A stretch of DNA of 20,167 nucleotides from Microcoleus vaginatus DQ-U2 (GTDB lineage: Bacteria > Cyanobacteriota > Cyanobacteriia > Cyanobacteriales > Microcoleaceae). The notes beneath the pieces were generated by a model. That model saw only the letters and a list, made by a program, of their open reading frames with translations, searched no databases and was not told where the DNA came from. Of the stretch, positions 14,566 through 20,167 are shown one piece after another; position 1 is the stretch's first letter, and each line of letters starts with the position of its first letter. Location of the stretch: the NCBI GenBank assembly GCA_040004055.1, contig JAMPKT010000123.1:1-20167 (forward strand), read 5' to 3'. Made by a program: the position numbers and the translations under genes.

Positions 14566-14761
14566 TTTAATCATTCCAATGCAAGCGGAATTGATATTAG
14601 TGTTGACTCAGATTGGGAAACATTATCAATAAGTATTTCAGTCCTCCTAGCTGGGGACTTGATTTTTGATGCGGGGGTTTAGACCCCTGCCGGAATTATT
14701 GCAAATATTACTAGATGTAACCTAATATCAGTATGGCACGGAACAGAAAACCGCTATATTT

Positions 14762-16033
14762 ATGTCTTCACCACTTCTTAAGCGAGAGTTAGGTGTTTTC
14801 GGCGCAACTCTCATGGGCCTGGGCTCAATCCTCGGTACTGGGGTATTTGTGAGTATCGGCATTGCTGCGGAAGTTGCTGGGCCGGGGGTGATTTTGGCTG
14901 TAGGTATTGCAGCTTTTGTTGCTGTTTGCAATGGCCTTAACAGCGCTCAATTAGCGGCAAATCATCCTGTTAGCGGCGGTACTTATGAATATGGCTACAA
15001 ATATCTCAATCCTTGGCTGGGTTTCACTGCCGGCTGGATGTTTTTGTTGGCGAAAACGGCTTCTGCGGCTACTGCTGCTTTAGGTTTTGCGGGGTATTTT
15101 TTAAATGCAGTTGGTGTAGCCGATCGCACTTACTCGATCCTAACAGCTTTAGTCGCCGTCGCCACCATCACTTTAATTGTATTGACGGGAATTAGGCGAT
15201 CGAATATTGCCAATACTGCCATAGTCTCAGTTACACTTCTATCCTTAGCGGTGTTTGTTGCTGTCGGTTTGCCAGAGGTAAGGTGGGAAATGGCCGCGCT
15301 ACAGAATCATAGCTCGATCGGCTCCATCTTCCAGGCCACCGCCCTGATGTTTGTCGCTTATAGCGGTTACGCCCGCATCACCACAATGAGCGAGGAAGTG
15401 CGGGAACCGAGGGAAACCATTCCCAAAGCCATAATTTTCACTTTGGTGCTGACAATGCTGCTTTACGTGGGGGTAGCAGTAGTTGTCGCGGGCGCGGGGG
15501 GAGCCGCTAAATTGTCGTTACAAACAGGCGGCACGGCTGCACCTCTGGAAGTCATCGCCCGGAGTTTCCGAATTCCGGGAGTTTCTCAACTGCTAGCCGT
15601 CGGCGCAATTACCGCTATGTTGGGAGTCTTGCTGAACTTAATTTTAGGGCTGTCGCGCATCTGGCTGGCGATGGGGCGGCGCTTGGATATGCCGAGAGTC
15701 TTGGCGCGGCTGAATCCTTCGGGGACAACTCCCTACGTGGCTGTGGTGGTTGTGGAAGTTACGATCGCACTTTTAATCCTCGTCGGCGATGTCAAAACCA
15801 CTTGGTCATTTAGCGCTTTTAGCGTTTTGATATATTACGCTATCACCAACCTCGCCGCGCTGCAACTTTCCCCCGCCGAAAGGCTTTATCCGCAGTGGTT
15901 GGCTTGGGTTGGTTTGGGCAATTGTCTGTTTCTGGCTTTCTGGGTGGAGAGGCAAATTTGGCTGACAGGATTGGCATTAATTGCCGCCGGTTTAATTTGG
16001 CGGGCGATCGTCCGACTCCCGGCGAGAAACTAG
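14762..16033 (+). CDS. APC-superfamily amino acid/polyamine permease
   Basis: This is a 423-aa polytopic membrane protein. The N-terminal LGVFGATLMGLGSILGTGVFVSIG motif and about 12 hydrophobic segments are typical of APC permeases. Confidence 0.85.
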   Translation: MSSPLLKRELGVFGATLMGLGSILGTGVFVSIGIAAEVAGPGVILAVGIAAFVAVCNGLNSAQLAANHPVSGGTYEYGYKYLNPWLGFTAGWMFLLAKTASAATAALGFAGYFLNAVGVADRTYSILTALVAVATITLIVLTGIRRSNIANTAIVSVTLLSLAVFVAVGLPEVRWEMAALQNHSSIGSIFQATALMFVAYSGYARITTMSEEVREPRETIPKAIIFTLVLTMLLYVGVAVVVAGAGGAAKLSLQTGGTAAPLEVIARSFRIPGVSQLLAVGAITAMLGVLLNLILGLSRIWLAMGRRLDMPRVLARLNPSGTTPYVAVVVVEVTIALLILVGDVKTTWSFSAFSVLIYYAITNLAALQLSPAERLYPQWLAWVGLGNCLFLAFWVERQIWLTGLALIAAGLIWRAIVRLPARN

Positions 16034-16075
16034 AATTGTGATAAATTGAAACAGCATCCCGCATTGTAGAGGGCC

Positions 16076-17485
16076 ATGCCCGATCGAACCCCCTTGCTGG
16101 CGACTCAAGAAACTCCCGCATTGAGCGCTATCAGTCGCTATATAGCTCAAACCCTAATTACCATTCAGGAACAGCATCCCGAATGGATAGCTGAAAAATA
16201 CAGGAAAACCCCCTGGGCCCAACCTGATTTTCAGTCAGTTTTGATTGGAAAATTGACAAAAAGTTTCACAGTAGCCAGCGATACAGATTCCCTGGTGCTG
16301 ACTGCGAAAAAATACCTACAAATTCTGCTGGTTCCAGAATTCGTTAATTCACCTCAATTCAGCAAATTATCGGTCAAAATTCAGCAGCTAGCCCAATCTC
16401 AAACAGCGCCACCTAAATCACAAAACTCAGTTTCGTCAAAGCCTCCCACTCCCACCACCCATCAAACAAATTCGCTTCCAATCGGCATTGCTATCTTGCT
16501 GCTAGATGTCGAAAATTTGCAACTAACCGTCGAAACCGAAAAATTCCTAGAGGGAATTTGCCACTATCCAATCCAAATCAAAGTGGCCTTTGCCAACTGG
16601 CGCAGCATGGGCAAAAAAGATGCCGAATTTCACCAGCGCGGCTATCAACTAATTCACGTCCCCCCCGGCAAAGACAGCGCCGACTTAAAAATGGCTACAG
16701 TCGGCGCATCGATTTTCGTACATTATCCCACAGCCAAAGAGATTTTTGTCTGTTCGTCCGATCGCGCCCTCACTCACCTCAGCAATACACTGCAAGCCCA
16801 CGGATTAACCGTATTTCAAGTCCGCAAACAAATAGATAAAATCATAGTTTTAAACAGCAAAACCGGACAAATGGAAACCCATTCCCTTGTAACCGTACCG
16901 GAAATTACACCCCTAGAACAATTAGTTGTTCAGCTAAAAGAATTAATCAAAAAAGAGCAAAAACGCACCTCGACTCAGTGGATCAAAGTTTCTACTGTTT
17001 CAGCTTTATTTAGGGAAAATTACGGCTTAGTCCTCAATCAAGTTGTTGCCCATCATTTGCTCGGTACTAAAACCCGGGATATCTTTCTGAAATATCCCAC
17101 CGATTTTGTCCTCCACAAACCCTCAGAAGTTTCTCAAACTTATGTCACTCTTTTTGAAGTAAGATTATCGCCCCCACCGCCAATACTGAGCCAAGAAATT
17201 CTGAATAACCACCAGACAGCACCTGCGACTTTGACCGATATTAATTCTTTGGAAGACTTGGAAAGAGCTCTTGTCAAAATCGTTGGCGACTTAACCGGCA
17301 ACTCTCGTGAAAATTCTGTATTTCTCTCCAATGTAGGCAGCGAATTTCACAGACAATACGGCAAACAAATTACCCAAATAATTAAAGATTTTAATCTCGG
17401 TAGGAAATTTACTAAGTTTTTGCAATCCTGCACTTCTCTCCAGCTAAAAAAAGCCGAAAAAGGCTGGCAAGTTTCTCTCAATTAA
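16076..17485 (+). CDS. NYN/LabA-like ribonuclease-domain protein with two C-terminal OST-HTH/LOTUS-like modules; paralog of 8476..9660
   Basis: The core GIAILLLDVENLQLTVETEKFL...VAFANW...GYQLIHVPPGKDSADLKM...IFVCSSDRALTHL...GLTVFQV aligns residue for residue with the 8476 protein. The C-terminal segments ...VSTVSALFRENYGLVLNQVV... and ...LSNVGSEFHRQYGKQITQIIKDFNLGRKFTKFLQ are LOTUS-like. Confidence 0.78.
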   Translation: MPDRTPLLATQETPALSAISRYIAQTLITIQEQHPEWIAEKYRKTPWAQPDFQSVLIGKLTKSFTVASDTDSLVLTAKKYLQILLVPEFVNSPQFSKLSVKIQQLAQSQTAPPKSQNSVSSKPPTPTTHQTNSLPIGIAILLLDVENLQLTVETEKFLEGICHYPIQIKVAFANWRSMGKKDAEFHQRGYQLIHVPPGKDSADLKMATVGASIFVHYPTAKEIFVCSSDRALTHLSNTLQAHGLTVFQVRKQIDKIIVLNSKTGQMETHSLVTVPEITPLEQLVVQLKELIKKEQKRTSTQWIKVSTVSALFRENYGLVLNQVVAHHLLGTKTRDIFLKYPTDFVLHKPSEVSQTYVTLFEVRLSPPPPILSQEILNNHQTAPATLTDINSLEDLERALVKIVGDLTGNSRENSVFLSNVGSEFHRQYGKQITQIIKDFNLGRKFTKFLQSCTSLQLKKAEKGWQVSLN

Positions 17486-17568
17486 TTAAAAATTAAAATA
17501 TATCAACCTCCCCATTACTAGCAACTTGAGTTATCATACAATCGAGACGTAAAGAAATGTAAAGGGAT

Positions 17569-18276
17569 ATGCAGGACAAAGTTGTGGTTGTGGTGGGTGC
17601 AACTGGCGGCATCGGTTCAGCGGTGGCCCGCAAACTCGCTGATGCGGGTGCGAGGCTAGTGCTCGCCGCCAGAGACAGCAGTAAATTAGACGCTTTAGCT
17701 AGCGAACTTTCAACAACAGAGGTACTGTGCGTACCCACAGATATCACCGATTTGCCCCAAGTCGAGACGCTGATGCACAAAGCTGGGGGGCATTTCGGAC
17801 AAATTGATGCCCTCGTAAACGCCGCCGGTGCCGGAATTCTCAAGCAGTGGAACAAGTTAGAACCCGCTGATTTAGATGCAATGCTTGACTTGAACTTGAA
17901 AGGCAGTTTTTACACGTCTCAAGCAGCGGCGAATGTGATGAAAGAGCGCAAATCCGGCCACATTTGCAATGTTATCGGGATTTTGGGCAAGCATTCGATG
18001 GCGATGGGAACGGCTTATTGCGCTTCAAAGTTTGGGGTAGTTGGTTTCAGCAAGTGCATGGCAGATGAGCTGCGACGCTACGGCATTAAGTTTACGCTAT
18101 TCTATTTTGGCGGGGTGGATTCTCCGTTTTGGGATAATGTGAGTTTGAAGGTAGACAGGTCAAAAATGCTGACTACCGACACTGCCGCCAATGCGATTAT
18201 GTTTGCTCTTTCGGCTGACCCGCAAGCTGTGCCGATGGAGATTAATATTCAGCCGGAAAGTCATTTGTTCTTTTAG
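17569..18276 (+). CDS. Short-chain dehydrogenase/reductase (SDR) family oxidoreductase
   Basis: The protein has the Rossmann motif GATGGIGSAVARKL, NAAG, and the catalytic YCASK (YxxxK). Confidence 0.9.
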   Translation: MQDKVVVVVGATGGIGSAVARKLADAGARLVLAARDSSKLDALASELSTTEVLCVPTDITDLPQVETLMHKAGGHFGQIDALVNAAGAGILKQWNKLEPADLDAMLDLNLKGSFYTSQAAANVMKERKSGHICNVIGILGKHSMAMGTAYCASKFGVVGFSKCMADELRRYGIKFTLFYFGGVDSPFWDNVSLKVDRSKMLTTDTAANAIMFALSADPQAVPMEINIQPESHLFF

Positions 18277-18677
18277 CTATTGAGGAGTGATTTGAAGGCA
18301 GAAGCCAGCGGAAGCTGAAGGCAAAAAAAATTATGATATTTTTAGGTTTGAGAACTTGTACAGCCGTTAATTATGTAGGGTGCATGGGTTCGCGCACCTT
18401 ACCCCTATAAATAGCACGTCAAACCATTTTTTTGCCTTAGTCCTATTGGTGAAGGCCTAGCGGTCAAACCTAAGTTATCGCACACACCGGGTTTCTTTTA
18501 AGGGCCGACTTATTTCTACCTTCAGAGGGAGCTAGGATATTCAATCTTTAGGTTATTATTAAGTGGGCGCGCAATAAAAAGTATGAAAAATATCCATTAC
18601 TCAATTCCTCCTTTGCAATTTCGCCTTGAAAATCAGCAGATTTTCCATTTTTCAGTTTCCATTTTCAATTATTGATT

Positions 18678-19739
18678 ATGGAGTTCGATCGCATTCAATT
18701 TTACGTTGAAAACGCTAAAGTATCCCGCGAGTGGTTTGTCAGCCAGTTAGGCTTTCAATCAATAGCAGGTTATGCCAACAGCCACACTCACACTGAAGTT
18801 GTCAGCAGTGGCAATGTATGTTTTGTTTTATCTTCGCCCCTGACACCCGCTAGTCCCGCTGCTAGTTGGTTGAAGTTTCATCCTCCAGGGATTGCCGATG
18901 TGGGTTTTCGGGTAAAAGACATTGAATTAGCGGTAGCTAGAGCGGCTGCTGAAGGCGCTAAAATCCTGGAACCGATTCAAGAAGACCTAAACGCAGGAGG
19001 CTATTTTAAGCGGGCAAAAATCGCGGGCTGGGGAGATTTAAGCCATACGCTCGTGGAGCGAATTGGCAGCCATTCACTGCTATCAGCTTCGGATAAGCTG
19101 CCGTTGTTTACCCGGATTGACCACGTAGTGTTAAATGTTGAATCTGGGGATTTGTCAAGTGCTGTGAGTTGGTATCAAAAAATATTAGGTTTTCAACCGC
19201 AGCAAAATTTTGACATTCAGACTGAGAAATCGGCTTTGCGGAGCCAAGTTATGGTGCACGCTGAAGGTGGGGTGCAATTCCCGATTAATGAACCGGCATC
19301 AGCTAATTCTCAAATTCAAGAGTTTTTGAGCGCAAATCGGGGGCCGGGAATTCAGCACATGGCTTTGCAAACTAATAATATTGTGGGTGTTGTGGCCGAT
19401 TTGCGATCGTGCGGTTTGCCTTTTCTGCCGGTTCCTCCAACATACTACTCCGAATTGCAGCAGCGGCAAAACTATTTGCCCGCAGATTGGCAAGCAATTG
19501 CAGCTTGTCAAGTTTTGGCAGATTGGCAAGAAGATACTCCCGCAGCGATGCTGCTGCAAATCTTTACCCAGCCAATTTTTGCAGAACCGACTTTCTTTTT
19601 CGAGATTATTGAGCGCCGAGTTAGTTTAGTTAACGGCAAACAGGTGCAAGCTGGAGGTTTTGGGGCGGGGAATTTTCGAGCTTTGTTTGAGGCAATTGAA
19701 CGGGAACAAATGAAGAGGGGAAGTTTGATAGATGATTGA
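18678..19739 (+). CDS. hppD: 4-hydroxyphenylpyruvate dioxygenase
   Basis: Two VOC-type modules are present, with IDHVVLNV, GIQHMALQTNNIV, FFEIIERR and GFGAGNFRALFEAIEREQ, all diagnostic of HPPD. The ATG at 18678 is preferred over the TTG at 18672. Confidence 0.9.
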   Translation: MEFDRIQFYVENAKVSREWFVSQLGFQSIAGYANSHTHTEVVSSGNVCFVLSSPLTPASPAASWLKFHPPGIADVGFRVKDIELAVARAAAEGAKILEPIQEDLNAGGYFKRAKIAGWGDLSHTLVERIGSHSLLSASDKLPLFTRIDHVVLNVESGDLSSAVSWYQKILGFQPQQNFDIQTEKSALRSQVMVHAEGGVQFPINEPASANSQIQEFLSANRGPGIQHMALQTNNIVGVVADLRSCGLPFLPVPPTYYSELQQRQNYLPADWQAIAACQVLADWQEDTPAAMLLQIFTQPIFAEPTFFFEIIERRVSLVNGKQVQAGGFGAGNFRALFEAIEREQMKRGSLIDD

Positions 19740-19759
19740 CAAAATTTCCACTTTTTAGG

Positions 19760-20167
19760 TCATACAGGCGTGTTAATCAGCACTGCGATATCTTTCCAAC
19801 CGTAGGCAATTTCTTTGAGTGCAACTCCTGCTCTACTTGTTTGCTGTTCGTCTACTTTTTCACCTCCTAAGAATTCATAAAATTTATAGGCTGAATTGTC
19901 TCCTAGTACCCAAACTAGCATCGAGTTCAAACCTAACTCTGCCAATTTTGTGGCAACTGTTCTCACGAGTTGCCGTCCGATTCCTTGACGCTGATATTCC
20001 TCCAAAATATAGATGGCAAATAATTCTCCTTTATATACATATTTGCCGGTGCGCTCGCAACCACCTGCCGCAAAACCCACAATTAGTCCCAAGTCATTCT
20101 CAGCAACGCAGACAAAAACCCCAGTATTTTTGACGTTTGCCAGGATTTCTTGCCAACGGCTTTCTGC
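19760..20167 (-). CDS. GNAT-family N-acetyltransferase; the N-terminus runs off the right edge
   Basis: The acetyl-CoA-binding motif is ILEEYQRQGIGRQLV (Q/RxxGxG/A). The frame stays open upstream of the track's TTG through the window end (AESRWQEILANVKNTGVFVCVAENDLGLIVGF...). Confidence 0.8.
   Translation of the reverse strand, partial: AESRWQEILANVKNTGVFVCVAENDLGLIVGFAAGGCERTGKYVYKGELFAIYILEEYQRQGIGRQLVRTVATKLAELGLNSMLVWVLGDNSAYKFYEFLGGEKVDEQQTSRAGVALKEIAYGWKDIAVLINTPV

Noticed and set aside
14447-14632. 61-aa ORF between pstB and the permease gene
   Set aside because: Its translation (LCVLCVLCG...) is generated by the CTGCGTACT tandem repeat and surrounding repeat debris. It has no RBS or motif.
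17493-17855. 120-aa minus-strand ORF
   Set aside because: It lies antisense to the 5' part of the SDR gene, which carries a clear Rossmann motif. Its composition is Ala/Ser-rich, as shadow ORFs usually are.
18376-18406. tRNA-like T-arm impression (gggttcgcgcacc) in the SDR-HPPD spacer
   Set aside because: The putative loop is 10 nt rather than 7. No acceptor, D or anticodon arms can be drawn. It is more likely a dispersed GC palindrome.

Overview
This window is chromosomal DNA from a cyanobacterium, probably a filamentous Oscillatoriales-type organism. The evidence is many HIP1 octamers (GCGATCGC), a psbD 5' end, short tandem intergenic repeats and MITE-like hairpin elements. Housekeeping content: psbD (partial, minus strand, absent from the ORF track); a small ORF translationally coupled to an ECF/CbiO-type ABC ATPase; ubiD; a pstSCAB operon preceded by duplicated Pho-box arrays; an APC permease; an SDR; HPPD; and a partial GNAT. 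The accessory segment at about 1.6-6.7 kb holds a DUF4058 PD-(D/E)xK-like protein, an 80-aa ORF, an XRE HTH regulator, tandem MITE-like elements and the most interesting locus. That locus is a 163-aa coiled-coil protein with a hydrophobic-hairpin tail, followed by an NB-ARC (STAND/NLR-like) ATPase with eight near-identical 42-aa TPR repeats. The NB-ARC frame is open for 42 codons upstream of its only ATG, and those codons include the conserved pre-P-loop FVGRDEE segment. The two frames are joined exactly at a dnaX/IS911-type -1 slippery heptamer, A_AAA_AAG, followed by a hairpin. The locus is therefore either a recoded or phase-variable single protein of about 1006 aa, or a two-component effector plus NLR pair. 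I read it as a candidate conflict/programmed-cell-death system. Two paralogous NYN (LabA-like) RNase-domain proteins bracket the pst/permease block, and one of them has an IS1 InsA-like zinc ribbon. All homology calls come from reading motifs by eye. No database search was possible.
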